From the sequence record OZ298074.1: 32,000 nucleotides of DNA; one strand, 5' to 3'. Position 1 is the first letter of the stretch, and each line of letters begins with the position of its first letter. This document shows positions 17,717 through 30,352 of this stretch, one piece after another. The notes under the pieces are model-generated. The model was not told the DNA's origin, ran no database searches, and saw nothing but the letters and a program-made list of their open reading frames with translations. A program made the translations under genes and the position numbers.

Positions 17717-17723
17717 CCTCCCC
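17717..17723 (+). promoter_or_regulatory. C-rich tag CCTCCCC, 96 nt after the nad5 stop
   Basis: Context is aacaacctccccaaaa. Confidence 0.5.
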
Positions 17724-17772
17724 AAAAATATAAACTTAAGGTTGCGATAAACATTAAAAAGAAAAAAAAAAG

Positions 17773-19224
17773 ATGATTATTTTATTAATACTAATACCAA
17801 TTATTGGTTCATTAATGATTTTGCCTCTTCAAGAAGATTTTAAAAATAATAAAAATAAAATAAAAACTATTGCTTTAACAACTTCAATAATTAATTTTAT
17901 TGTTTCTATTTTCTTATGGTTAGAATTTGATTCTAATACCAATCAATATCAATTTGTTACAGAGTTTGATTACTTACCTATAGGTCATTTAATCTTTGGA
18001 GTTGATGGAATATCTTTATATTTTTTATTACTTACAACATTTATTACTCCTATTGCTATACTTTCTAATTATAATAATATTTATTCTAATGTTAAATATT
18101 TTTTAATTTCTTTATTAATTTTAGAAAGTTTACAATTAGCTCTGTTTTTAATATTAGATTTACTTTTATTCTATGTATTTTTTGAAAGTGTTTTACCTTT
18201 ATTTTTTATTAAAATTCTTGTATATGGATCAGGTGATTCTAGAGATAGATCAGCTAATTTACTATTTTTATATACATTATTTGGATCCTTATTCATGGCT
18301 TTAGCTATAGTACAATTATATAGTTATACGTATACAACTGATTTTCAATTATTATCTTTATGTGACATTAGTTTAGAAGGTCAAATTTTATTATGGTTAG
18401 CTTTTTTTTTAGCTTTTGCTATCAAAACTCCTTTATGGCCTTTTACTGGTTGGTTATATAGAGCTCATGCTGATAGTCCTTTAGCTGGATCTATTTTATT
18501 AGCTGCTACTATATTAAAATTTGCTACTTATGGATATATTAGAATTTTAATTAATTTTCTACCTGATGCTACAAATTATTTCGGACCTTTAGTACAAACT
18601 ATAGCTATAATCACTTTAATTTATGCTTCTTTGTCTACAATTATTCAACAAGATACTAAAACTCTTATTGCTTATTCAAGTATAGCTCACATGAGTGTAG
18701 TTATTTTAGGTTTATTTTCTAATAATATACAAGGTATTGAAGGTGCTATATTACTTGCATTAGCTCATGGTTTTGTTTCCCCTGCTTTATTTATTTGTGT
18801 AGGTGGAATTATTTATGATCGAACAGGTACTAGAGTAATAAAATATATTAGAGGTTTAGTTATTTATATGCCTATATTTTCTATTTTATTCTTTGTGTTT
18901 ACTTTATGTAACACTGGAATACCTTTAAGTTTAAATTTCTTAGGAGAACAATTAGCTTTGATAGGAATATGGGAAGTTAATCCAATAATATCTGCTTTAG
19001 GAGCCACAGGAATAGTATTATCTGCTTGCTATTCTATTTTTTTATATAATAGAATATCTTATGGTAAATATTCTCCTCATATGCAAAAAATAGTATTAGA
19101 TATTTCTAGAAGAGAATTTATTTTACTAATTACATTGTTAATACCTACAATAATATTAGGAATATTTCCTAATGTAATATTAGAATCTATTCATTTATCA
19201 GTATCAAATCTGTTATATAGTTAA
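17773..19224 (+). CDS. nad4: NADH dehydrogenase subunit 4 (483 aa)
   Basis: ND4 translation (WLYRAHADSPLAGSILLAATILKFATYG, AYSSIAHMS). Confidence 0.96.
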   Translation: MIILLILIPIIGSLMILPLQEDFKNNKNKIKTIALTTSIINFIVSIFLWLEFDSNTNQYQFVTEFDYLPIGHLIFGVDGISLYFLLLTTFITPIAILSNYNNIYSNVKYFLISLLILESLQLALFLILDLLLFYVFFESVLPLFFIKILVYGSGDSRDRSANLLFLYTLFGSLFMALAIVQLYSYTYTTDFQLLSLCDISLEGQILLWLAFFLAFAIKTPLWPFTGWLYRAHADSPLAGSILLAATILKFATYGYIRILINFLPDATNYFGPLVQTIAIITLIYASLSTIIQQDTKTLIAYSSIAHMSVVILGLFSNNIQGIEGAILLALAHGFVSPALFICVGGIIYDRTGTRVIKYIRGLVIYMPIFSILFFVFTLCNTGIPLSLNFLGEQLALIGIWEVNPIISALGATGIVLSACYSIFLYNRISYGKYSPHMQKIVLDISRREFILLITLLIPTIILGIFPNVILESIHLSVSNLLYS

Positions 19225-19317
19225 TTCTAATTTAAAAACTTTCTTTTTATTAAATTTTATTCTATTTTTAATTTTATATTTTTTTTTGTATTAAATATAT
19301 AATTACTTTATTTATTT

Positions 19318-19323
19318 CCCTCC
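19318..19323 (+). promoter_or_regulatory. C-rich tag CCCTCC(AAT), 94 nt after the nad4 stop
   Basis: Context is tttccctccaataaa. Confidence 0.55.
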
Positions 19324-19527
19324 AATAAATTATTTTCTAAAATTTTATTTTTATTTTTTGGTTTTTATTAATTTATAAATTTTTATAATATTTTTTTTTT
19401 TAATATATAAATCAATTTAAAAAAAGTTTAATTAATAACAATGATAAAATTAATTATAATTAATTTTAAAAGAGTCTAATTATATATAACAAATTTTTAA
19501 TATTTAAATATATTTTATTTAAATTTA

Positions 19528-19601
19528 ATGGTAGAAGATGAACAGGTTCAATCGCTCCCTTTGGGTGGGAGAGCTAGCGTGTTCGAGTCGCGCCTACCAT
19601 A
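19528..19601 (+). tRNA. trnP: tRNA-Pro (anticodon UGG)
   Basis: Acceptor ATGGTAG/CTACCAT, anticodon stem CTCCC/GGGAG with loop TTTGGGT, T arm GCGTG-TTCGAGT-CGCGC. It is noticeably more GC-rich than the other tRNAs. Confidence 0.85.
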
Positions 19602-19643
19602 ATTTATTTTATATATTAGTTTAAATATATAATTAATTTATAA

Positions 19644-19716
19644 GGTGCCATGGCAGAGTGGTTAATGCGAGGTACTGTTAATACTTTTTTCAGAGGTTCA
19701 ATTCCTCTTGGCACCT
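19644..19716 (+). tRNA. trnN: tRNA-Asn (anticodon GUU)
   Basis: Acceptor GGTGCCA/TGGCACC, anticodon stem AGGTA/TACTT with loop CTGTTAA, T arm AGAGG-TTCAATT-CCTCT. Confidence 0.85.
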
Positions 19717-19783
19717 GTTCTTTTTAAATATTAGAATTTTAATTTTTGTTTCTAAAATTTTAAAAGAAGTTAATAAGATTTTA

Positions 19784-19869
19784 GCGAACATGTTGAAATT
19801 TTGGTAAACAATCTCCTCTTAAGCAGGAGTGGAAGTAGTTCCTTAAGAGTTCGAGTCTCTTTGTTCGTA
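19784..19869 (+). tRNA. trnL: tRNA-Leu (anticodon UAA), class II
   Basis: Acceptor GCGAACA/TGTTCGT, anticodon stem CTCCT/AGGAG with loop CTTAAGC, long variable arm TGGAAGTAGTTCCTT, T arm AAGAG-TTCGAGT-CTCTT. Confidence 0.85.
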
Positions 19870-19942
19870 ATTTTGTTTCAATGATAGTGTAAAAATTTAT
19901 TAATTATAAATATAAGCAATTAAAATTTATAATAAAATACAA

Positions 19943-20014
19943 AGCGATATAGTGTAATGGTATGCACGGCAGTCTCATGAGCTGCTAGGTTCGGTTCGAT
20001 TCCAAAATTCGCTA
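19943..20014 (+). tRNA. trnM: tRNA with CAU anticodon (Met, fMet or lysidine-type Ile; not distinguishable from sequence)
   Basis: D stem GTGT/GCAC, anticodon stem GCAGT/GCTGC with loop CTCATGA, T loop TTCGATT. Acceptor AGCGATA/ATTCGCT pairs at positions 1-5 but is mismatched at 6:67 and 7:66. There is one C-A mismatch in the T stem. Confidence 0.7.
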
Positions 20015-20095
20015 TACTTAAAAACAAAAATTTTTTAACAATAAATTTTACAAATATTAATTTTTTTAAGTTATATAATAATTAAAATAAATTTT

Positions 20096-20166
20096 GGTCT
20101 TTTAGTGTAAAGGTCGCACGGTTACCCTTCACGTATCCAGTGTCAGTTCGAATCTGATAAAGACTA
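20096..20166 (+). tRNA. trnE: tRNA-Glu (anticodon UUC)
   Basis: Acceptor GGTCTTT/AAAGACT, D stem GTGT/GCAC, anticodon stem GTTAC/GTATC (one T-T mismatch) with loop CCTTCAC (C rather than U at position 33), T arm GTCAG-TTCGAAT-CTGAT. Confidence 0.7.
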
Positions 20167-20247
20167 ATAATAAATTTTATATTAAAATTTTAAATATATA
20201 AATTTTAAATTATTAAAATTATAAATATATGAATATTTACATTATTA

Positions 20248-20328
20248 GGAATAGTTATCATTTGGAAAGTTAAGACAATTGCTAATTGTTCGGGGCAACC
20301 CTTGGGTGTTCGACTCACCTCTATTCCG
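20248..20328 (+). tRNA. trnS: tRNA-Ser (anticodon GCU), class II
   Basis: Acceptor GGAATAG/CTATTCC, anticodon stem GACAA/TTGTT with loop TTGCTAA, variable arm CGGGGCAACCCTT, T arm GGGTG-TTCGACT-CACCT. Confidence 0.85.
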
Positions 20329-20408
20329 TTATATTATATTCTTTTTATTAGATCTAAGATTATAAGAAAAAAGGATAAACAAATAGAGTTAATTAGAATT
20401 AATAGTAA

Positions 20409-22013
<1,605 letters not shown>

Positions 22014-22096
22014 TATTTTTACAATTAAAATATTTATAATAAATTTTTTATTTATTAGTTCTTTAAATCTTAGTAAAATTTTTATTAACTTTTATT

Positions 22097-22103
22097 CCCC
22101 TCC
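22097..22103 (+). promoter_or_regulatory. C-rich tag CCCCTCC(AAT), 84 nt after the cox1 stop
   Basis: Context is ttattcccctccaatt, followed at about 22155-22230 by (T)nG tracts. Confidence 0.55.
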
Positions 22104-22335
22104 AATTAATTGTAATATTTTATTAAATTTATATTTATATATTTTCATTTAAATATTTTTGTTTTTTGTTTTTTTGTTTTTATTCTTATTATTTTCTAAT
22201 TATCTTATTTTTGTTTTTGTTTTTTTATTTATAAATCATTACTATAAGTAACTTAATTATAAAAATTTTTTTTTAGATTAAGTATTTAACTCTAATTAAG
22301 CACAAATATAAATTTTAATTAAAAACATAAATCAA

Positions 22336-23109
22336 ATGTTATCAACTAATACAGCTTTATTTATTAATTCTCCTTTAGAACAATTTGAAGTTACAAGTTT
22401 ATTAAGTTTTAATGCACCTGTATTTGGTTATATAAGCTTAACTTTAACTAATTTAGCTTTATATTCTGGTATAATTTTATCTTTAATCGTAGGTTTACAT
22501 ATTTTGGGAAATAATAATACAAAGTTATTACCTTCTAAATGGTCTATCTTATTTGAAAGTTTCTTTGCAAGTATAAATACTATGGTTAGAGAACAAATAG
22601 GTAAAGAAATTTATTTACCATTTATTTATTCTTTATTCTTTTTCATATTAGTATCTAATTTAGTAGGTAATGTTCCATATTCATATACTATAACTACATC
22701 TGTAATTGTATCTATCGGATTATCATTTACTATATTAATAGGTGTAACTATACTTGGATTATATGTTCATAAAATTCATTTTTTTTCATTCTTTATACCA
22801 GCAGGTACACCATTAGCTTTAGTTCCTTTATTAGTTTTAATTGAATTAATAAGTTACTTAGCTAGAGCTTTCTCACTAGGTATAAGATTATTTGCTAATG
22901 TAGTAGCAGGACATACATTATTAAAAATATTATCAACATTCTTATTTAAAATGTTCTCAGGTGGATTAATAATTTTTATTATGACATTATTACCATTTGC
23001 TTTATTTTTAGCTATTACAGGTTTAGAATTAGCAGTTTCATTTATACAAGCTTATGTTTTAGTTCTTCTTGTATGTTCTTATATTAAAGATGCTATAAAT
23101 TTACATTAA
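22336..23109 (+). CDS. atp6: ATP synthase F0 subunit a (257 aa)
   Basis: ATP6 translation (SPLEQFEV near the N-terminus, LSLGIRLFANVVAGH, ELAVSFIQAYV). Confidence 0.96.
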   Translation: MLSTNTALFINSPLEQFEVTSLLSFNAPVFGYISLTLTNLALYSGIILSLIVGLHILGNNNTKLLPSKWSILFESFFASINTMVREQIGKEIYLPFIYSLFFFILVSNLVGNVPYSYTITTSVIVSIGLSFTILIGVTILGLYVHKIHFFSFFIPAGTPLALVPLLVLIELISYLARAFSLGIRLFANVVAGHTLLKILSTFLFKMFSGGLIIFIMTLLPFALFLAITGLELAVSFIQAYVLVLLVCSYIKDAINLH

Positions 23110-23168
23110 TTTAAGAATATAAAAACAAAACAAACAAACAAAAATTTTTTAACAATAAATTTTATAAT

Positions 23169-23174
23169 CCCTCC
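23169..23174 (+). promoter_or_regulatory. C-rich tag CCCTCC(AAT), 60 nt after the atp6 stop
   Basis: Context is ataatccctccaatg, preceded by an (A)nC tract at about 23117-23146. Confidence 0.55.
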
Positions 23175-23838
23175 AATGTTTATATTCAATTGTATAATTA
23201 TTAAATTTATATTTTAAAAGAGGGTTAAGAAGTCTAAAACTGGAATTTAACTTTAAAATTTAAGAATAATTTTATTTAATTCTTATAATAGGTAATTTAG
23301 GAAAGGTTCAAGGTGATTATAATTAATAATAAATAGTTTTATACTATAAAATTTAATTGTATTATTAATAAAAATAACAAAGTAATTTGTGAGAAATTTT
23401 TAAAGAAAATAATTATTAAGTAAAATAAAAATTTTAATTAAAATTTTGATATATATAAAAATCTAATACTAAAGTTTTTTAGCAAATATTATAATTAATA
23501 TGAAATATAGAATCTCTTTAATTCGTCTAAAGTATTAGTTAGATCAGTAAATAATAATTATACTATATTTTAATAGATATAATCAATGTAATTATTATAT
23601 TTCAGGAATTGTCTTATAGATATTTATTCTAACTCAATTATTATATAAAATTTTATAATATGAAATTAAAAAAGATATATACTTATATTAAAATATAATA
23701 AAACACTATCTATTATTTAACTCTAAAAATATATATATTATATATATAATTTATATTAAATAATATTTCACATTTACATATATGTATTAATATATCTATA
23801 TAGGATATATTATAATTAAATAGTATATTTTTATATTA

Positions 23839-23909
23839 ACTGAAATAGTTTAACGGTAAAACGTACCCTTCATGACGGTAAAATAAAGGTTCAATTCCTT
23901 TTTTCGGTA
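23839..23909 (+). tRNA. trnM: Second tRNA with CAU anticodon (Met, fMet or lysidine-type Ile)
   Basis: Acceptor ACTGAAA/TTTCGGT, D stem GTTT/AAAC, anticodon stem TACCC/CGGTA (C-C at 31:39) with loop TTCATGA, T arm AAAGG-TTCAATT-CCTTT. Confidence 0.75.
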
Positions 23910-24162
23910 TCCAAATTTTATTATTTAAATAATAAATATGAGTTTATTTAAATTTAATTTGGAGGGGGTATGTAAGTTTAAATATTTATTTCTTCAACGT
24001 ACTGTTATGAAGGAAATATTTCTCCCTACTTTAAAATCTAAATAGACGGAATTTAATTTTATTTTAATTTATATTAGTATACTGTATAACTGATATTGTA
24101 TTTTTATATAGATTAAAATATTATTATAATCTTTTCTATTATTTAATTATAATTTTAAATTA

Positions 24163-24504
24163 ATGACAGAGTTTTTGAAAATTTTAAGTTTGTTAGGTGT
24201 ATCTGTTGATTTGAATGTGGATTCATTACATAATAATATAATTATTTTGGCTAGTTCTATTTTAGTTTTAGCTGTTGTAGGTTTATTATGTTTTATGAAT
24301 CTTATTATGTATTATAGGATTTTTTATATTTTTAATAATAAACAATTTTTAGAAAAAATATCTAATTATAGATTTCTACTAACAGTAGTTGAGTTTATAA
24401 AAAGACTACAAGTTTTTTTAATAATTCTTGAAATTAACTTTTTGTTAGTGAGTTTAGGTTCGATAATATGGTTATGTTTAAAACTTATTTATGGTTTAAG
24501 TTAA
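24163..24504 (+). CDS. Orphan ORF (113 aa), hydrophobic, no recognisable family
   Basis: ORF track, ATG start. It sits immediately upstream of the rpo remnant. There is no downstream C-rich tag. Confidence 0.25.
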   Translation: MTEFLKILSLLGVSVDLNVDSLHNNIIILASSILVLAVVGLLCFMNLIMYYRIFYIFNNKQFLEKISNYRFLLTVVEFIKRLQVFLIILEINFLLVSLGSIIWLCLKLIYGLS

Positions 24505-24620
24505 TTATACAATAAATATAATTACAAATTAAAAAATTTAAGAGATTATATTTAATTAACCAAAAACAAATAAAATCTCTTCTAAATTAAAAAGAAATAG
24601 AAAAATATTTATATATTAAA

Positions 24621-25814
24621 CAATATAATGTTTTGTTAGATAAAGATAATAGTAGTATTTTACAGTTTAATTTGTTAGATAGAAAAATAATTGAAATTCT
24701 AATAGAATCTAGAGAAGATTTAGAAAAACTATAAAATTTCTGATATTAGTATAGCTAATAGATCTGATAAATTTTATAGTCAAATATTATCTACTGTAGG
24801 TTTTGAATATGTTAGTAATATCTTATATGGAAGATTCTTAGCAATATTGAGTAGTCACAATAGAGCAAATCATTTTACTTTTTTAACTTAAGTTAGTTAT
24901 GATTTAGGAAGAGATATAATAAATTATTTTAATTATAAAAAATTATAATCAAGAAAAAAAAAGAAGTATGAAAGTTTTAGTAAATTTAAAGAAGGAAATA
25001 TATAAAAATTAATAAATTTTGATGATTCTACTAATGTTGTAAAATTAGGTGCAATATTAATAGGATGGTTATTAGAATTAAAAATGTTAACCACTAAAGT
25101 GGAATTTATAGTTAAAAATGAGAAAATAAATAAAGTAATAAATTTAATAAATTAATATCTGGACAAAAATATAAATATGTTTAGATTTAATACCTCAGTG
25201 AAACTACTTATAATTATTCCACTTAAAAAATATTTAAATAAAGATGGATCAGTCAAATTAGGTGGATATATGTTAAATGATGAATTATATACTGAATCAT
25301 TATTTATAGATAATCCAGGTTTAGTAGAAAAATTAGAGATATCTGAAAAAAATATAATTTATAAAATGGTTGATAATATTAATTCGGTTTCATTAAAAAA
25401 TAAATTAGAACGTTTTAGATTTTATATTAAGAAATTATAAAAATTTTAAGTTAATTATAGATCCAGATTTTATACATCCTTTAGAATTAAAATCTAAATT
25501 AAGTTTTTCTTGAAAAAAGAGAATTTGAAAGTTTTAGAAGAAAAAGAAATTTATAAGCCGAAATATTAAATATAGCTCAATTATTTGCTAATATATCAGA
25601 ACTTTATTTGCTAGTCAGATTAGATTATAGAGGAAGATTATATTGTGTAGTAGAATATTTAAATTATCAAAGCATTGAATTAGCTAAAGCTTTATTATTA
25701 TTTTCTAATGGTGAAAAAATCTATTTAAATGATGATTTTGCTATTAAATACTTAAAAATATATGGTGCTAATTGTTTGGGGAATAAACTAGAAAAAAACA
25801 AAAACAAAAACTAA
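24621..25814 (+). pseudogene. rpo: Linear-plasmid / T7-type single-subunit RNA polymerase, N-terminal half only, disrupted
   Basis: AEILNIAQLFANISELYLLVRLDYRGRLYCVVEYLNYQSIELAKALLLFSNGEKI...YLKIYGANCLGNKLEK (about 25560-25814) aligns with T7 RNAP ...FPYNMDWRGRVYAVSMFNPQGNDMTKGLLTLAKGKPI...WLKIHGANCAGVDK. Upstream fragments (KLGAILIGWLLELK, GGYMLND) occupy several frames and carry in-frame stops. The catalytic C-terminal motifs (DGSCSG, HDS) are absent. The 5' boundary is approximate. Confidence 0.8.
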
Positions 25815-25824
25815 TTTTAAAAGA

Positions 25825-25897
25825 GGTAGAATTAGTTTAATAGGTAAAATGACGTCTTGTGGCGACGATGTTCAGAGTTCAAGTCTCCGATTCTACC
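25825..25897 (+). tRNA. trnH: tRNA-His (anticodon GUG) with an encoded G-1
   Basis: G at -1 (25825) lies opposite discriminator C73. Acceptor GTAGAAT/ATTCTAC, D stem GTTT/AAAT, anticodon stem ACGTC/GACGA with loop TTGTGGC, T arm CAGAG-TTCAAGT-CTCCG (one mismatch). Confidence 0.85.
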
Positions 25898-26014
25898 CTT
25901 TATTTATTAATAATACAAAAAATTTATATACTTATAATATATATATATTATAATAATAATGATTATTAAAAATTATAAGATGTAAATGTAAAAGTATCGA
26001 TGACAATATAGTTT

Positions 26015-29000
26015 TAACATCAAAAAAAAAATTAATAAATAAGTATTTTAAAGGGGTTATTAAGGATAACTAGCAAACTTATAAAAAAGGAGGCAACAAG
26101 CCAAATGCCTACACATACTCGAAAATGAATTATTTATAATAGAATTAATAAATTATGTATTTTTATAATAGGTAAGATAATTATTTTTAATTATAATATT
26201 ATAATTATTTGTAAGTAGACTCATAAATAAGAGATAAGTAATTAAAGTGAGGCGATCCTAAGGGAAACCTTTTTATTATTACTTCCTGAAGTAAAACATT
26301 TTATTAGGGAAAGGAAAGGAAATCAACCGAGACTCCGAAAGTAATGGTGAGTGAAATCGGATTAGCCTTATATCATTACATAAATTAAAAAACAAAAATT
26401 CTAAAAAAATATTAAGTAAACTCTTAAAGCTAAAATAACTAAATATATTTGAACTTTAAGATAGAATTGAAGTGGTTAAGGTGGAATCTTAAATTTTAAA
26501 AGCTTCATTTGAATTATATTCATATAAAATATGCTTAATAATTTAAGTTAGATTGAATTAAATATAATATAATATAACTTTATATTAAAATTTTAATTCA
26601 TAAAGAATTTAATTATATTTAATAATAAAAATATAATGAAGAAACATAAGGTGGAATTATAAAATAATAGACCTGTATTTTTTATGTAATAGTATTAGTT
26701 CTATTTAAAGAACTGAGATAGTATTTTTTAATATATTTAATTTTAATCTTATCTAATAAATTAAAAATTAATATTATATATTTGTGTATAATATATTAGT
26801 AAAATTCTATTATCTTTGATTAAATTATTAAAGAAATTTTATTAATAGGATACTATTGAAAATAATGGTACGTAATAAAATTTATCAGTAAATTTTATTA
26901 CAACTTAATTCTAAAAAAAAAAAATTAGATTTAAGGAAAATTAAGTACGATGAGAGTAAACTTGTCGGAATATAGGGGAACCATCCTCTAAGGCTAAGTA
27001 TTATAAGTTTAGCGATAGTGAAATAGTACCGTGAGGGAAAAGTTGAAAAGAGTGTGAGTTAATACATTTTAGTAAAAATGGCAAAAAAAGATACTGAATG
27101 TACATAGCTCTTATTAGTAAATAACGCAGTGAAATAGACTTGAATTAGTAACTCTATAAGCAGTCGGAATTTAATTTAAAAAATGACGGCGTACCTTTTG
27201 CATAATGGGTCAGCAAGTTAATAGAAGTAGCAAGGTTAAAAGCCTAAGCGAAAGCGACTACATAAATAAAATTAAATTATTGAAGTGGGTTAAGTTACTT
27301 TTATTAGACCCGAAGCCAGGTGATCTTTCCAAGACCAGATCGAAAAGGATCGAACGGGTGAATGTTGCATAATTCTCCGATGAGTTTTGGAAAGCGGTGA
27401 AATGCCAATCTGACCTGGTGATAGCTGGTTTTCTACGAAACATATTTAAGTATGACATCTACAAAAAATTTATGGAGGTACAGCACGGTAATTCCCAATA
27501 AATATCTGAATTTAATCTAATTAAATTAGATAGGAGTTTAGGTTGTGGGGACCTCGAAAATCTTACCAATGGAAGTGAATCTCGGAATTACATAAATTGG
27601 TGGTAGATATTCAGACTACTCATGCTAAGTTGGGTAGTCAAGACGGAAACAGCCGAGAACACAAATTAAGGTCCCGAATGATTATTAAGTGAAATAAAGG
27701 ATGTGACATATTGAATGCAGCTGAAAAGTGAGCCTGGCAGTCGCTAACTTATAATGAACGTGTAACAACGTATCAGCCCTTAGATAGTTGCACTGAAGAT
27801 TTAACGGGTCTTAAATAATCAACCGATATTGTGTTAATATAAAAATATAAAATTTTGTTTTTTATATTTAGGTAGTAGAACGTTCAGATAGTTAAGTGTT
27901 ATAAAGTCCAAACCAACAATTAACAGTGTTTCATTGTTTATAGGAATCTGAAGTGATAATGCTGACATGAGTAACGTAAAAAGAAAGCTGAATTTAGAAT
28001 TAATTATTCTAAATAAATAAACTTTCTCGCCGAATACGAAAGGGTTATTAGTTAAAGATTAATTCGACTAATGTTAATGCGGTCTCTAAGGTACAAAACC
28101 AATGTTTTGGCTGATGAGTAGAGCTTTGAAAGCCCTCAGGGAGGATATTAAATTATAAAGAATGAAGTGTAAAATACTTTACATGGAAAGAAGTTTAAAT
28201 TAGTTAAAAAATTTAAGAAAATTTTAATAAATTTAATACTTAAATGTTCTATTGATAGGTGAATATTTTATCGATTAGTAATTAATATGTTAATTGGGGC
28301 CAGGAAAAATATGTTTTTGAATAACTTAATCTTATAGATAATTTTTGTTAAAATTTTAGAACCTTAGAGTGAATATTCTAAGAAAAAGCTATCAAAAAGA
28401 AATATAGAAAAAAAAATATTTAATATTTGTTTCAAATTAGTCATTTGATATAAAATTTTTATTTTATATATATTTTTGTTTAACTAAAAATAATATCATT
28501 AAATTATTTTAATTAGATATGAATTAAGAAAAATTTTTATTATTTTAAATTATTAATATTATTTAATTAGGTGGTTACACTTAATTAAATATACATATAT
28601 ATTAAGCCAACCGTACCCTAAACCGACACAGGTTCGTAGGTAGAGTATACTAAGGCGTAGAGCTAAAAGTTGTAAAGGAACTCGGCAAATTATCCTCGTA
28701 AGTTCGTCAATAAGAGGAACCACTTTTCTAATAATTAATAACTCCTGTTATTATTAGTCTAAATAAAGTGGTGGCACAAAATTGGAAGCCCCGACTGTTT
28801 ACTAAAAACACAACTATCTGCAATGATGTAAATCATAGTATAGGTAGTGAGGTTTGCCCAATGCCATAAGCATAAGAGACGTAATGGGAAACTGTTAAAG
28901 ATCGAAAGCCTGGTTAATAGCGGTCTTAACCTTGAGGATCCTAAGGTAGCAAAATAAATTGGCCATTAAATGTGGTCCGGTATCAATAATTTAACGATGG

Positions 29001-30330
29001 CTTCACTGTCTCTACAACTTGCTCAGTGAAATTGAATTGTGAGTGCAGATGCTCACTACTCGCAGGGGGACGGGAAGACCCTATGCAGCTTCTACTGTAG
29101 TTAGTCATCACATTTCTTACCTTCATACTTCAGCTTCCAGATAATAGGGAAGTCGATTAGACACAATATGGAAAACCTTATAACTGAAGTTGGGTTTATG
29201 TTTACCTTTCTATTTTCATAAAAATTTAGAAAGGGAGAGTTGACTAATTGGCAGTTTGACTGGGGCGGTCGTCTTTAATAGAGTAGCAAAGTACATCCAA
29301 GTAGATTGTAATTTATTAGATCATATTTACTTAAAATTTAATTACTATAAGGTAATTAAATAGTAAATATTCTTACAAATTAATAATTATTGTAATTATA
29401 TTTATATATATAATTATTTAAAATCCTAATTTTATCTTTATTCATTAGATAAGGTATGCTAGAAATTAAATGGAAGTTAATAAACCAGTAAATAAGGTTT
29501 TGGAGAGTGCAATGACGGTAAGCATGCTTAACTGAAAGACTTAAAAGTCGAACAGATACGTAAGTAGGGCATAGTGACCCCCCGCTATATTATGGAATAG
29601 ACGGGGATCAATTGATAAAAGTTACGCTAGGGATAACAGGCTGATAGCCGGCGAGAGTACACATTGTTCCGGCTGTTTGGCACCTCGATGTCGACTTAAC
29701 CTATCCTCCAGGAGCAAAATCTTGGAAGGGTTCGGCTGTTCGCCGATTAAAAGGTTACATGAGTTGGGTTTAATACGACGTGAGTCAGTATGGTCCCTAT
29801 CTTCTGTGAGAATAAATAGTAAAAAAGGGGAGACCTTCTAGTACGAAAGGACCAATAGGATGTGTTTCTCTAGTGTACCAATTGTTGAAAACGATAAAAT
29901 CAATATACTTGAAAAGGTTAAAATTTTATTAGTGAGTATGCATAGTTGGGTAGCCACAAACATTTTAGATAAGAGCTGAAAGTATATCAAGCATGAATCT
30001 ATCCCTTGGATACTATCAAGGATTTCTTTTTGTTTCTGTCTTCGGGAGGGTTTAAATTAAATATTCCTATAGTTTAAATTCTTTCCTGAAACCTCTATAA
30101 ATATATATTACAATTTATAGTTTTAGAAGACAGTTCATATTTTTAATATATATATATATATTATATATATTTTTATAATATTAAGTTAAAATATTATAGA
30201 GTAATATAGCAAAAAGATTAAAATTCTATTAAAAAAAGAAATAGACCATTTCTTAAATAGGATGCAAATGAACTTTATGAGAATAATGTAGTTTAGCATT
30301 ACTAATTTTTTAAGTAGACTTGATGTTATA
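26015..30330 (+). rRNA. rnl: Mitochondrial large-subunit rRNA, complete, no intron at the usual sites
   Basis: Many universal 23S blocks appear in order: gtaccgtgagggaaa (about 27018), ggaaagaccccgtg-like gggacgggaagaccctatgcagctt (about 29066), ctagggataacaggctgat (about 29626), gcacctcgatgtcgac, gttcggctgttcgccgattaaag, gagttgggtttaatacgacgtgag, agctgaaagtat, attactaat. The ends are set by a 9-bp helix-1 pairing, taacatcaa (26015-26023) with ttgatgtta (30320-30328). AT-rich expansion segments lie at about 26380-26900, 28190-28600 and 29290-29460. Confidence 0.9.
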
Positions 30331-30352
30331 GGTTGTCATAAATTTTTATTTT

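Noticed and set aside
27258-27458. 66-aa minus-strand ORF.
   Set aside because: It lies inside conserved rnl domain sequence (gacccgaagccaggtgatc... region). It is not coding.
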